From sequence record SRR2962707_5121: a stretch of DNA of 34,108 nt, one strand, 5' to 3'. A model generated the notes under the pieces. That model saw nothing but the letters and a program-made list of their open reading frames with translations. It made no database searches and was not told the DNA's origin. Positions 1 to 10,249 of the stretch are shown here, in pieces; the stretch's first letter is position 1, and each line of letters opens with the position of its first letter. A program made the translations under genes and the position numbers.

Positions 1-294
1 GGGCAGGGGGGACCACCCACGCGCAGCGCGGCCAGAACGGATCTCGCGAAGCGGAATCCGTGTCGGCCGTCCTGCAACGAACGGATGCGCGCCGGTCTGC
101 CGGCGCCAGGAGTAAGTGAAGGATGGGGGATGCGCTCTTTCCGCTTGCGGGGAAAGGCGGGCAGAGCCCCCTATCCCCCTAAACGGGGCAACTCGGCCGC
201 CATTGGCGGCCTCCATGATCGGATAGCTTCAATGAACCTAAGTGATCGGCTTACGGGTATTCGCCACGTTCGATCATTTCGTTGGCACGACGAA

Positions 295-780
295 TATGCC
301 CGCGAGCTCCTGAACGCCGTCCCGCCGCCTGATCAAGCCACAGCCGAAGACCCGTCGGACGTTCGCCCGCCATGCCCGTGCTGCAGCGGACGCATGATTG
401 TCATCGAGATCTTCAAACGCTGGCGTCAGCCCCGCGGACCGCCAAATACGGTGGCAACGAACCGGGAGAATGCACCATGACCCCGCATGGCTTGCTCTCC
501 ATATGGCCTCTTCAAACCAGCGGCGGCCAACGAGATGGCTTGCGCCATGCCGAATGGCGATCGCTCCCAGTCGGACAAGCGCACACCAGAACGCCTCAAA
601 AAGCTCTGCGGTCCAGCCCGCAAGCAACGTCGGCGAACCGATGGGGCCAATAAACGCTCCTCAAGCCGCTCACTCCTGGGCAGCCCTAAAATACAAAATC
701 CCATAGCCCAAACCATGCCGACCGCGGGTTCCTGCATGAGGGGCTTTCGTACGCCTGACGGCACCCGAAAACCTTCACCA
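295..780 (+). mobile_element. IS91-like rolling-circle transposase remnant (C-terminal end plus downstream terminus region)
   Basis: The 85..480 frame ends ARELL...RPPCPCCSGRMIVIEIFKRWRQPRGPP, resembling the C-terminus of alphaproteobacterial IS91-family transposases. The catalytic N-terminal part is absent. Boundaries are approximate. Confidence 0.6.
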
Positions 781-1018
781 TTTTTGTCGTCTACCGCTGG
801 CGGCGAATTTACCAAGAGCGGACGCAGCCGATGTCGCCTATTTGCGGTTGACCAATGACGCTTGGGTCGCCAATTTTGCAGTTGCGCGGCCTGCGCCTAA
901 CCTCTTAAGGGTCCGGATCGGAGTCGTTGAGGTCGAGCTGGTGCTGTCGTTTGGCCGACTGACCCGCGGCTCACGCGCTTGCCACCGCCCAGTCGCTGGC
1001 AATCGACGGCGGCCTGAG

Positions 1019-1498
1019 CTACGACTGATCCTCATTGGCAGGTGCCGTGCCCATCTTCGCGACGATGCTCTTTTGAACGGCGCCCAGGAGTCCGAGGAAC
1101 TGGCGTCGTTCGTCTGCCGTGAAATTGGCCGCGGCATCGTCGACGACCTGCTTGGCAAACGGCAGAAGTAGTGGTTTGAGGTCGCGCCCCTTTTCGGTCA
1201 GGAAGATGTTAATCTTCCGGCCGTCCTCAGCGTTCCGCTCACGCCGGATAAAACCAGACCGTTCCATAGAACGCATTGCGGTTAACGTAGTCGGCTCCAT
1301 AGTACCGACCCGGTGCGAGAGTTCGCGCTGGGTAAGGCCGTCCGCTTCCCATAGTACACGTAGGAAGTACCACATGCCGAGAGATACGCCATAAGGTTCG
1401 ATCTTCGACTGGAGGTAGCTCTGGAACAAACGGTGCGTTGCTCGGATTTGATAGCCAAGGCTTGTTTCGAACGGTAGGGGATGGCGATTTTTTGACAT
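1019..1498 (-). CDS. MarR family transcriptional regulator (likely regulator of the phthalate cluster)
   Basis: Winged-helix MarR pattern: LGYQIRATHR...WYFLRVLWEADGLTQRELSHRVG...MERSGFIRRERNAEDGRKINIFLTEKG. ATG at 1498 preferred. Confidence 0.9.
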   Translation of the reverse strand: MSKNRHPLPFETSLGYQIRATHRLFQSYLQSKIEPYGVSLGMWYFLRVLWEADGLTQRELSHRVGTMEPTTLTAMRSMERSGFIRRERNAEDGRKINIFLTEKGRDLKPLLLPFAKQVVDDAAANFTADERRQFLGLLGAVQKSIVAKMGTAPANEDQS

Positions 1499-1718
1499 CA
1501 AGACTTCCAATACACAATTTGGCCATACGGCTCGTCGCCGCTAAGGCGTGAATTCCTACATACTCGTCGATTGCTGGAGTTGCCCCTAAAAGTCGGAAGG
1601 ATCAAGTTTCAGCTTGGCGGTTTAAGACCTCACGGGGTGATCGATATCCTAATGTCTTGCGCGGGTTAAGCGTGTTGTAATGCTCGAACTACAAAAACAA
1701 AGTAACCGGCCGCTTTTG

Positions 1719-2850
1719 CTGACAATTACCCATAAGTGCTTGATGATGGGTCTTGAGCGATACGGGCTCCTTCGACGAGATCGGCGAGGCGGGAAAGGCC
1801 TCGCCAGACTACCGTAGTTCCCGGCGGCGCGTCGGAGGTGGGTCGAGATAGCCTCCGAGCCGTGCTACGGCGGTGATGTAGAAGTCGAGGTTTCGCGGGT
1901 GGTCGCGCTTGCCATCTGGCATCGAACGTTCGAGTAGGCGGCTCGATATCCGTGAAGACGGCAGCAGGCGATGCGGCCGTAAGTATCGTGAGCCACGACA
2001 CGTGCCAGGCCACAATGCAACACAGTGCGATGCAGTTGCCAGGCAATCGGCTGTGGTCAGACCCAACTCCTCGATCCGACATCTGGTCTTGATAGTTTTG
2101 AAAAAGATTTCGATGTTCCAGCGCAAGGCATACCAGTCGTGCTTGTGCACGGCATCGGTGTGCGTTTCGACAGGAAGGTTCGTGATCAACTTCCAAAAGA
2201 CCGGCGCTCGACATTGTGGCGGACTGATCTCCTCGGCATAGATGATCTGCAACTCCTGATGCCGGTATTGCTTCTGTTTTCCGATTGGCGGGCGCACCGT
2301 CATCGTCGCATGCCAGATTGACAGCACGGCGCGCTGGTCTTTTCCCTGCCCATCGTGGAACTGGACTTCGTGGGTGCCGCTGGACTGCACCGCCGCCATC
2401 ACTTTGGCGATGGTCGTATCGCCGTCCTCCGCAAGGCGATCCACGCAGTTCCGGACCAGGAAGCTGGTCCCAAGCTCCTCTGCCAGGCAGTAGAGTCCAT
2501 AGATATCGCTTTCCCGGTCCCGATATATACGCAGCGCTCCGGCGCGCCCGTCAGTTCGGTGGACAGGCGAAGGTTGTCGAGCCAGTGCATGCTCTCTTTC
2601 CGGTCGATCGGCACCCGCGTGAGGTTGATCTTGCGCTTGAGAGCGTCGGTCCCCTTGAACTTGCTGCGCGACCAGAATTTGGCTGCTGGCAGACCGAGCG
2701 GCAGCCCATCCGGCGTGATCGCCACACTGGCATGCATCAGCAGGCCGCAAACCGCGCGCTTTTCATTGGTTCCGAATTTCGTGAACCCGATCTTCTCTGG
2801 TGCGGAGCGCTTGAAGGAGAATTCCGTGGTGCCTTGAGGTGATGATGTTG
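1719..2850 (-). pseudogene. IS4 family (IS50/Tn5-like) transposase, frameshifted and 5'-truncated, with right terminal repeat
   Basis: Transposase motifs are split over three frames: CGLLMHASVAITPDGLPLG, DRESDIY, WKLITNLPV, YALRWNIEIFFK, PPGTTVVWRGLSRL. The end at 1719-1737 (CTGACAATTACCCATAAGT) matches the IS50 outer end (CTGACTCTTATACACAAGT) at 14/19 positions. Confidence 0.85.
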
Positions 2851-2991
2851 ACAGATTCCGCGACACTTGTCTGTTCGAAGTCATCATTCACCAGCTGCTG
2901 ATGATGGATCGGGAGCGGGCCGGATGCTAGAGCCTGTTCGACTGCTAAATATGAACGTCGCCACGCTCGCCTATCTCGCAAGCGTCAGCTA

Positions 2992-3942
2992 TCAGCTGAT
3001 GGCGACCAGCGCCACGCCGATCGTGGCGACGATCGACGCAATGATGATACGCATGTTCGGCTTAGCCTCGGTGCGCAACACGTAGGCGGCCAGATAGGCG
3101 CCGATAAACACTTCGAGCGATCCGATGATGGCCACCACCGCGACGTCGGCATTCTGGAGCGCGAAGAATTGCAAGGTTTGGCCAAGCGACATGCTTGCCG
3201 CTGCAATAAACTGCCACCGCCCGGTGTCGCGAAACAAACCCCTGAATGTTTGCCTGTATCGCTTGTTGAAAAGCGCGGCGGCGAGGTACCAGACAAGCCC
3301 CGTAACCGCTCCCACGAATGCACCCAAGGCCGGGTCCGGCAGATGACGCATAGCCATTTTGCGCACGACATAGGAGGCGCCGTAGGATGCCGCGGAAGTG
3401 GTTCCTAGCATCTGCCCAAGCCGCAACGACGAATAAGCTGAAGAAATGGGCCCAAGGTCGCCTACCGGCTGGCGCAGTTTGAATTCGCCCGAAGCAACGG
3501 CCTGCGGCGATCTGTCGAAGAGGACGATCATCAGGCTCGCAACCGTGATGACCATGCCGGCAATAGCGAGTCCGGCGATCGTCTCCCCGAGAACGGCGAA
3601 CGCAATCAATGCTGCGAAGAGGGGAATGAGCCGGCGGAACAGACTAGCATTGATCGCGCCAGCCAGCGCGACCGACTTGAACAACATCGTCCGACCAATG
3701 ACTGTGGCAAGTACTCCCCCGACGACGAAGATCGCGATTCCCAGCCACAGCCCCTCTGTGCACAGTCCCTGTTCATAGGAGGGGCCGATGACGAGCCACA
3801 ATACGCCGGAGAGAAGGCAGGTTAAGACGATCGAAAGTAGAGCCCCATTGTCGCCGCGTTTGACTTTGGAGCCCTTGGCGATTGCCGCGCTTGCCGTTCC
3901 GAAGCAGAGCGCGGCCAAGAAGGCAAACCCTACTCCAATCAT
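2992..3942 (-). CDS. EamA/DMT family transporter
   Basis: 316 aa with about 10 hydrophobic segments in two repeats; LIPLFAALIAFAVLGE motif. Confidence 0.85.
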   Translation of the reverse strand: MIGVGFAFLAALCFGTASAAIAKGSKVKRGDNGALLSIVLTCLLSGVLWLVIGPSYEQGLCTEGLWLGIAIFVVGGVLATVIGRTMLFKSVALAGAINASLFRRLIPLFAALIAFAVLGETIAGLAIAGMVITVASLMIVLFDRSPQAVASGEFKLRQPVGDLGPISSAYSSLRLGQMLGTTSAASYGASYVVRKMAMRHLPDPALGAFVGAVTGLVWYLAAALFNKRYRQTFRGLFRDTGRWQFIAAASMSLGQTLQFFALQNADVAVVAIIGSLEVFIGAYLAAYVLRTEAKPNMRIIIASIVATIGVALVAIS

Positions 3943-4321
3943 GCGTGCTGCGCCGCGAAGGCAACCATACCGCGACTGAATTCACCCTTGTGTCTACGCC
4001 GCACTTCTATTGGCATACAAGGTTCACATGGAAGGTTTTCTCTTGCGTAAAACTTCACAGGTCGTCGACGCTTTCCTCGCGTCCGATACGAGGGCGCGCG
4101 CCTTCAGACTCGACAGAAAGGATAAAGTCCACTTCGCAGTCGAAATGCGCCTTCGAGATGAGCGTGCCGAAGTTCTCTGGGGAGGCTGAGCTTACTATTT
4201 CCGAGGCGGCCGTCATTCAGATGCTCTTGGTTTGGCAACAGTCGGCTCGCGCCCTAGCCGAATGTTGCGCCCCTGGCCACGCTTGCGAAAGTGGTCAGAG
4301 GCGAGATTGTAAGCTTGACGC

Positions 4322-6250
4322 TTAGCGATTCGCGTCCAAGGTCGGGGGCGCCAGAACGCGAATGAAGGGAAGCCCACCCTTTCGCTTCCACCACAGGCCA
4401 GCGATGAGCGCAAGCACGATGATCGGAATGGCAAGCCACAGATAAGGCGACAGCGCGGCTGCACCGAGCGCCAGACACACGATCCGCACGACAACATTCA
4501 TCTTCGCCTCCGCCGCAAGTGCCAGGAGCGTTACGGCGACAATGCCGCCAAGGGCTGCGACCGTGATCTGCAGGCCGCTTCCCTGCGCCAGAAGCGCCTC
4601 GTTCCAAACAAAAAAGAACGGAATGATGAACCCTACAGAAGCAAGCTTTACCGATGTGATCGCAATCTTCATCGCATCCTCGTCGGCAATCGCCGATGCA
4701 GTAAAGGCGGCCACGGCAACGGGAGGTGTCAGCGCGGACAGGAGTGCGAAATACAACAGGAACATATTGGACGAAAGTACTGGCAGACCGCTGGCCGCAA
4801 AGGCTGGACCAACAAGCACAGCCGCCAAGATGTAGGCGCTCGGAGTCGGCATCCCGAGGCCGAGAATGATGGAGATACCGGCACCGACCAAGAGAAGCAT
4901 GATTGATCCCGAGCCCGCAACAAGCAGGACGAGACTGGACGTCTTCAGCGCCAGCCCAGTCATCGTCAAGCCGCCGATGACGAGTCCAGCGGCAGCACAG
5001 GCACCCACGACCGGCAACATTCGTAGCGTCGTCTCGCCCAAGCCTTCCAGCATTTTAGTCGGAGTCATGCGGGTCTTTCGCGTGAAGAAGGATGCCACAA
5101 CCAACGCGATCGTGCCGTAGACGGCGACATAGGTAGGCGTATAGCCCAACAACAGCGCGATCATGATGACGATGAGCGGCACAATGAACACCCACCCGGT
5201 CTTCAGCGTCTCGAGCACTGGATCAACCTCGTCGACGCCGCGCAGCCCCTGACGCACGGCACGGAGATGCACCTGCAGATAGACGCCTAGATAATAGAGC
5301 ACGCCCGGTATAATGGCAGCGAGCACGATGTTGCGGTAGTCAATGCCGGTGTACTCGGCGAGAATGAATGCGGCCGAGCCCATGACGGGCGGCAGTGCGG
5401 CACCCCCGGTCGATGCGGCAACCTCGACCGCGCCTGCAAAGCGAGGCGTGTAACCAAGACGCTTCATCATGGGGATCGTCACCGAACCGGTCGTTGCTAC
5501 GTCCGATGTCGGGCTGCCGGAAATCATACCGTACATGCCAGACGACACGACCGCAATCTTCGCTGGTCCGCCTGGAGATTTGCCGGTTAACGCGGCGGCC
5601 AGTTGGAACATGAAGTCAGCACCGCCCGCATGCGATAGAAGTGAGCCGAACATGACGAACAAAAACACATAGCTGGCCGCCACTTGGATGGGAACGCCGA
5701 AGACTCCGTCGGTGGTGAACATCAGCGTGTCAATGAAGGAGCCGAAATCGATGTAGCCATGACCGAGTGGTGGCGGGATCAAATGGCCCCACAGATTATA
5801 GGCCATAAAAACGAGAACAACGACAGTTAGACCAAGCCCCGTCGTGCGTCGCGTGGCTTCGACCGTCAGCAACAGAAGAGCCGTGCCGAAGAAGAGCATA
5901 TACGGCGAGAGCGGATTAAGTAGCGTAATGTGGTTCACGAGGTCGGAGCGGATCATGTAGAAATAGATGCCGCAGGCAAGGCTGGCTGCGCTCAGCAGCC
6001 AATCGAGAATGCTTGGCCGCTCACTGCAATCGCGCGTTGCGCCCACTGTCAGGAATAAAAGCGCGAAAATGCCGCAGACGAACAGGATGCCGATCAGCAA
6101 CGCGTCGGGTAGCGCAAAGATATTGCCGTAAACTACGCCAAGCGCAACGACGGCCGCCGCAGAAAAAAGAGCAGTGCGGGCAGCGCCGTTGAATGAACGG
6201 CGCCGGCCCGTGCCCAGAAATCGGCCGATACCAACGGGCTTTAGATTCAT
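4322..6250 (-). CDS. TRAP transporter fused 4TM/12TM permease (TAXI-associated)
   Basis: Motifs EATRRTTG, GGPAKIAVVSS..GMISGS, AVEVAASTGG...PPVMGSAAF, GMPTPSAY and TPPVAVAAF. Overlaps the stop of the TAXI gene. Confidence 0.93.
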   Translation of the reverse strand: MNLKPVGIGRFLGTGRRRSFNGAARTALFSAAAVVALGVVYGNIFALPDALLIGILFVCGIFALLFLTVGATRDCSERPSILDWLLSAASLACGIYFYMIRSDLVNHITLLNPLSPYMLFFGTALLLLTVEATRRTTGLGLTVVVLVFMAYNLWGHLIPPPLGHGYIDFGSFIDTLMFTTDGVFGVPIQVAASYVFLFVMFGSLLSHAGGADFMFQLAAALTGKSPGGPAKIAVVSSGMYGMISGSPTSDVATTGSVTIPMMKRLGYTPRFAGAVEVAASTGGAALPPVMGSAAFILAEYTGIDYRNIVLAAIIPGVLYYLGVYLQVHLRAVRQGLRGVDEVDPVLETLKTGWVFIVPLIVIMIALLLGYTPTYVAVYGTIALVVASFFTRKTRMTPTKMLEGLGETTLRMLPVVGACAAAGLVIGGLTMTGLALKTSSLVLLVAGSGSIMLLLVGAGISIILGLGMPTPSAYILAAVLVGPAFAASGLPVLSSNMFLLYFALLSALTPPVAVAAFTASAIADEDAMKIAITSVKLASVGFIIPFFFVWNEALLAQGSGLQITVAALGGIVAVTLLALAAEAKMNVVVRIVCLALGAAALSPYLWLAIPIIVLALIAGLWWKRKGGLPFIRVLAPPTLDANR

Positions 6251-7257
6251 TGCATCAGGCCTGCTTCGCGATAGGCGCGGATGGCGCCATCATGGAATGG
6301 GGCCGCCGTCTCGCGCGTCAGCAGTTCATGATCGAGCTCGGCCATCGCGGGATGTACCGAACGGATGGAATCGATGTTATCGATCAGCGCCTTGGTCAGT
6401 GTATAGGCATCCTCTTCGGACATATCGGCGCTGGCGATGAGAACGGCACCGAGTGCCACGGTTTCGACAGGCTCAGGCTGATTCTCATACGAGTTCGCGG
6501 GGATGGTGAAGTTGCCGATCGAGAACTGCTCTGCGACCTTTGCCCGGACATCCTCCGGAACGCTCAGAAGCTTAATGTCAATCCCGTTCTCGATTTCTCG
6601 GATGGAGCTGTGCCCAACAAAGACACCGTTGGTATAGATGTCGACGCGGCCGTTCATTAACAGTCCGCTTTGCTCCGATGAGCCCGCCTGGATAGTCGTG
6701 CCACCCCATGCTTCGATCGAAGCGTCGTCAGCGCCAGCCGCTTCCATCATAGCCGTGGCCACTTGCCCGGTGATGTTGCCCGCCCGGTTCACCGTAATGC
6801 GCACTGGCACCTGCTTCTCGGCAAAATCCGCTAAAGTTTCGATACCATGTTCATCCGCGAATGATTTCGATGCGATGAATTGCATCGGTGCCCAATCATA
6901 CAGATAGCCGATTGTGCGAAGGTTCTCGATCGGCGCTTCGAACGGCTCGCCTCCTTGAACTGCAATGGCAAGCTCGGCATCATGGATAAGACCAATCTGA
7001 GCACGGCCCTGGCTGACCATGGCGGCATTGGCAAATCCGCCGCCGGTGGTCTGATACGTCACGGTTGAGTCGGGCTGCGTGCCCTTGAGCGCTGCATCGA
7101 GTCCAGCCCCCAGGAGCGTCCATAATCCGCCGGGGCTCGCGCCGGCCAGCGTCAGGTTGAGCGATTGGGCATTCGCCGGCACTGCTGCCAGCGCGCTGAT
7201 GGCAACTGCAATGCCAATTGAACGCATTCTTGAAGTGAACATGGTATCCTCTCCCAT
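6247..7257 (-). CDS. TAXI family TRAP solute-binding protein
   Basis: Signal peptide (AVPANA/QS), GASPGGLW, TTGGGFAN, and C-terminal PFHDGAIRAYREAG. The start may be the ATG at 7242. Confidence 0.92.
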   Translation of the reverse strand: MGEDTMFTSRMRSIGIAVAISALAAVPANAQSLNLTLAGASPGGLWTLLGAGLDAALKGTQPDSTVTYQTTGGGFANAAMVSQGRAQIGLIHDAELAIAVQGGEPFEAPIENLRTIGYLYDWAPMQFIASKSFADEHGIETLADFAEKQVPVRITVNRAGNITGQVATAMMEAAGADDASIEAWGGTTIQAGSSEQSGLLMNGRVDIYTNGVFVGHSSIREIENGIDIKLLSVPEDVRAKVAEQFSIGNFTIPANSYENQPEPVETVALGAVLIASADMSEEDAYTLTKALIDNIDSIRSVHPAMAELDHELLTRETAAPFHDGAIRAYREAGLMQ

Positions 7258-7384
7258 TATAATCTAGGTTTCTGCCTATAGAGCTCCGTTCCACCTTCTC
7301 TCCCTGCAGATTTGCACGTAGCGCTACGGACAGATGGTCACCTGTACGGCAGGCAGAATGTGTGGTCTGCTCATCGGAGCAAAA

Positions 7385-7402
7385 TACTTACATGTCTAAG
7401 CT
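7385..7402. promoter_or_regulatory. Putative operator (TACTTAC-ATGT-CTAAGCT) upstream of the TAXI-TRAP operon
   Basis: Same TTA(G/C)-N4-CTAA dyad as the two sites in the ophA1/ophA2 intergenic region. Confidence 0.5.
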
Positions 7403-7557
7403 ATGTCCATTCTGTGCCATACGTCAATGCCGGCCGGATAAATCGCTCGTGCGAACAGTCTTGTCGACTCGCCACCCAACACTTTGAATTTCGGCCAGAA
7501 GTTTGCTCCGTAGGCGTGACAGAACGAAGCCTCGATCGCGGCTACGGGCGATTAGGT

Positions 7558-8001
7558 TTAGTTCGCGGCAGCGAGGCGCCCCAGAAATGCGCTTACGGTC
7601 AGCACCTCGCGCAATGGGTAGTCTTCGGTCTCCCCACCCGGATGTTCATCGTAGCGCAAACCGTCACCGTCCCAGAACCACCAGTAGGCAATATCGCCGT
7701 GCTTATCGCGGATCGCCATCCTGAAGGTCGGGAAGATCTGATCTCTTGCCGGAATGTCGGCCTGGGCGACCTTCTCACCAGCGAGCGCGCCGCGAGCTAT
7801 CGCACCGCCCAGAGGGATCATTGCGGTGAACACGCTCGGTTGTGCCGCCAGATCGTCAAGGTTGTCCGGCCGGTCCTGAAAAAGGCCCGGCAATGCGCGC
7901 ACGACCTCCGGATAGGATGCATGTCGATGCGTGACCTGAACATAGGCAAGGTCCGTCTTCGTCTTGATCTCGACGACGTCGCCCGGCTGAAATTCGTTCA
8001 T
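7558..8001 (-). CDS. Hypothetical protein, Imm26-like N-terminus, last gene of the ophA1BC operon
   Basis: GGGAG RBS before ATG 8001. Sequence PGDVVEIKTKTDLAYVQVTHRH...FPTFR...YWWFWDG. Confidence 0.7.
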   Translation of the reverse strand: MNEFQPGDVVEIKTKTDLAYVQVTHRHASYPEVVRALPGLFQDRPDNLDDLAAQPSVFTAMIPLGGAIARGALAGEKVAQADIPARDQIFPTFRMAIRDKHGDIAYWWFWDGDGLRYDEHPGGETEDYPLREVLTVSAFLGRLAAAN

Positions 8002-8048
8002 GTTCGTTCTCCCAGAAGGTGCTCTGTCCGAATCGATTTTGCCTATAG

Positions 8049-9041
8049 TCACAGGCTATAGGCTTCGACCGTCGCCGGATGAAACAGCTCCTCGACGGCA
8101 ACCCGGCGCGGCGAAAGCCCCTGCGCATAGTGATAGTCGAGGAAGGTCTCCAGCACACCAACATTGGGGGTTAGTCCATAGGTCCAGATGTCGGGACCGA
8201 TCAGTTGGCGCGCGCGGCGCAGATTATCTTCGACGAACGGCATAGTCACCTTGGTCGCCGAGGTGTCGCCGAGGGCAGCCTGCGCGATCTGCTTGGACTG
8301 CGAGAACGCCTTGAGCAGTGCGCCCGGCAGCCAAGGATGCGCGTCGGCGAGTTGCCGGCGCACGCCCAGCACATGCATGATCGGGAAGATCTTGCGGCGG
8401 CGGAAGTAATCCTCCGCGGTCGCGACCGTGTCCGGAAACAGACGGTCGACATGTGGATGTCCTTCGTCGTAGCAGCGCGGCCAGCGCGGGCCGATGAAGC
8501 CGTCGATCTCGCCCGCCGCAAGCATCTCGTTGAGCGTTTCCCCTTCGGGCGCCTGCTCGATGCGGATGTCGGCAGGCAGGTCAATCTTCATTTTTTCTGG
8601 GCGACCGGGCGTATCCATTCCCCCGCGAACCCAGACGATGTCGGACGGCTTGACGCCGTACTCGTCTTCTAGGATGCCGCGCACCCACACATTGGCCGAG
8701 AGCTGGTACTCCGCAATGCCGATGCGCTTGCCCTTCAGATCCTGCGGCTTTTCGATCCCCTTATCGGTTCGGATATAGATCGAGGTGTGACGGAAGGCAC
8801 GCGACAGGAATACCGGAATGGCGACGTAATGCGGGTCGTCCCGCGCGACGGAGATTGAATAGGACGACAGCGACAATTCACTGACATCGAAGGCCTGATG
8901 GCGGAACGCGCGAAAAAACATCTCTTCAGGCGACAGGAGCATGCAGGTTGGTTCGACGCCGTCGATCTTGACCCGTCCGTCGGCAATGGGCCGCGTGCGG
9001 TCGTAGTCGCCCATGGCAATGGACAGGTTGAGATCGATCAT
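8049..9041 (-). CDS. ophC: 4,5-dihydroxyphthalate decarboxylase
   Basis: MIDLNLSIAMGDYDRTRP...EEMFFRAFRHQAFDVSELSLSSY...FPIMH; TAATG overlap with ophB; operon context. Confidence 0.9.
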   Translation of the reverse strand: MIDLNLSIAMGDYDRTRPIADGRVKIDGVEPTCMLLSPEEMFFRAFRHQAFDVSELSLSSYSISVARDDPHYVAIPVFLSRAFRHTSIYIRTDKGIEKPQDLKGKRIGIAEYQLSANVWVRGILEDEYGVKPSDIVWVRGGMDTPGRPEKMKIDLPADIRIEQAPEGETLNEMLAAGEIDGFIGPRWPRCYDEGHPHVDRLFPDTVATAEDYFRRRKIFPIMHVLGVRRQLADAHPWLPGALLKAFSQSKQIAQAALGDTSATKVTMPFVEDNLRRARQLIGPDIWTYGLTPNVGVLETFLDYHYAQGLSPRRVAVEELFHPATVEAYSL

Positions 9042-10249
9042 TAGCGTTCCTCCGCAATTGGATGTGGTGCGCCGTCAGCTGCGGCGATTTGATGGTTAAG
9101 GGCGACGGATGTGCCGGTCCGGGCCGCCTCCAGGATAGCGTAGCAGACTTCGAGGGTCGCCAGCCCCCAGGCGCCTGTCTGGGCTGGCGCCCTATTGCCG
9201 CGCACCGCATTGACAACGGCATCGAAAACCTCTGCCCGTGGAAAACGCAGCACTGGGGCCGGGCGGAAAGATTTTTCGAAGTTATCATAGACGTGAAGAC
9301 CCGTTGGCGTCAGCCGCAAATCACCACGTTCGCACAAGACGATGATCGGTCCGAAATGTTCGTGGTGGGATGCTGCCGGCGGTGCCTCGCCCGCCCCATA
9401 GGTGCGCGTCGATTTGAGCGCGGCCTCGGCGTCGGCCGTATCAACCGCTTGCAGCGCCTTTCGCGCCCCGCCATAGGCTTCCGGCGACTTTGGGTGGCCG
9501 AGTTCGCCGATCCAGCCCATCCATTCGTCACTGTCGAAATGCGCATAGCCAGAATACGTCAACGACGCGAAGGCGCTGCCCTGAAAGTCAAGTAGCGCCG
9601 AATACGCGCCCTCAGTCGGACGCGCGGGGTCCCAAGCGCCCGTCATCGCCGTAACCGAGCTCGCTAATCCGCCCGCTAAAAGCCGCACGATGTCGATTTG
9701 GTGGACGCCCTGCGAAAACAGCACGCCGCCCCCCTCTTTCGTGCGCAGCTCTTCCGGCCGACGTGGGCGGTAGAGGAAATCCGTATAGTTTAGTGCCTGG
9801 ATCATCCGAACTCGACCGAGCGCACCGCTGTCGATCAAAGCGCGCGCCTGAGCGACGGGTCCATCGAAGCTGTGACTGGGTCCGACGATCAGGTGAATAC
9901 CCGCCTCGCGTGCGGCGGAAACCATAGCCGTTCCGTCTTCCATCGAAACCGACAGCGGCTTGTCGACGAGCACATGTTTGCCGGCTTTGGCGGCTGCAAT
10001 TACATGGGCGCAATGGAATTGATGCGGCGTGGCGACATAAATTGCCTCGACTTCCGGGTCGGCGCACAATCCCTTAATATCGGCATAGGTGCGGCCACCA
10101 AATTCAGCCTCGAAGGCGTTGCGCGACTGCTCGCGTGGCGCAGCCGCCGCCACGAGCTTCACGCGCGGATCGGCGCGAAAGCCTGGCAGCATGAGCATGA
10201 AAGCGCGCCCGAGCCCCACCACGCCGAAGCGCACCGGATCACAGGTCAA
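9041..10249 (-). CDS. ophB: Phthalate 4,5-cis-dihydrodiol dehydrogenase (Gfo/Idh/MocA family)
   Basis: GVVGLGRAF Rossmann motif, ATPHQFH, GKHVLVDKP, NYTDFLYRPRRPEEL; operon context. Confidence 0.88.
   Translation of the reverse strand: MTCDPVRFGVVGLGRAFMLMLPGFRADPRVKLVAAAAPREQSRNAFEAEFGGRTYADIKGLCADPEVEAIYVATPHQFHCAHVIAAAKAGKHVLVDKPLSVSMEDGTAMVSAAREAGIHLIVGPSHSFDGPVAQARALIDSGALGRVRMIQALNYTDFLYRPRRPEELRTKEGGGVLFSQGVHQIDIVRLLAGGLASSVTAMTGAWDPARPTEGAYSALLDFQGSAFASLTYSGYAHFDSDEWMGWIGELGHPKSPEAYGGARKALQAVDTADAEAALKSTRTYGAGEAPPAASHHEHFGPIIVLCERGDLRLTPTGLHVYDNFEKSFRPAPVLRFPRAEVFDAVVNAVRGNRAPAQTGAWGLATLEVCYAILEAARTGTSVALNHQIAAADGAPHPIAEER

Noticed and set aside
3943-4321. Gene or ncRNA in the gap between the TRAP permease and EamA genes
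   Set aside because: The ORFs here overlap real genes and lack motifs. No convincing structure or repeat was seen.
8049-9041. ABC transporter substrate-binding protein
   Set aside because: OphC shares this fold, but there is no signal peptide and no ABC genes, and the gene is coupled to ophB.
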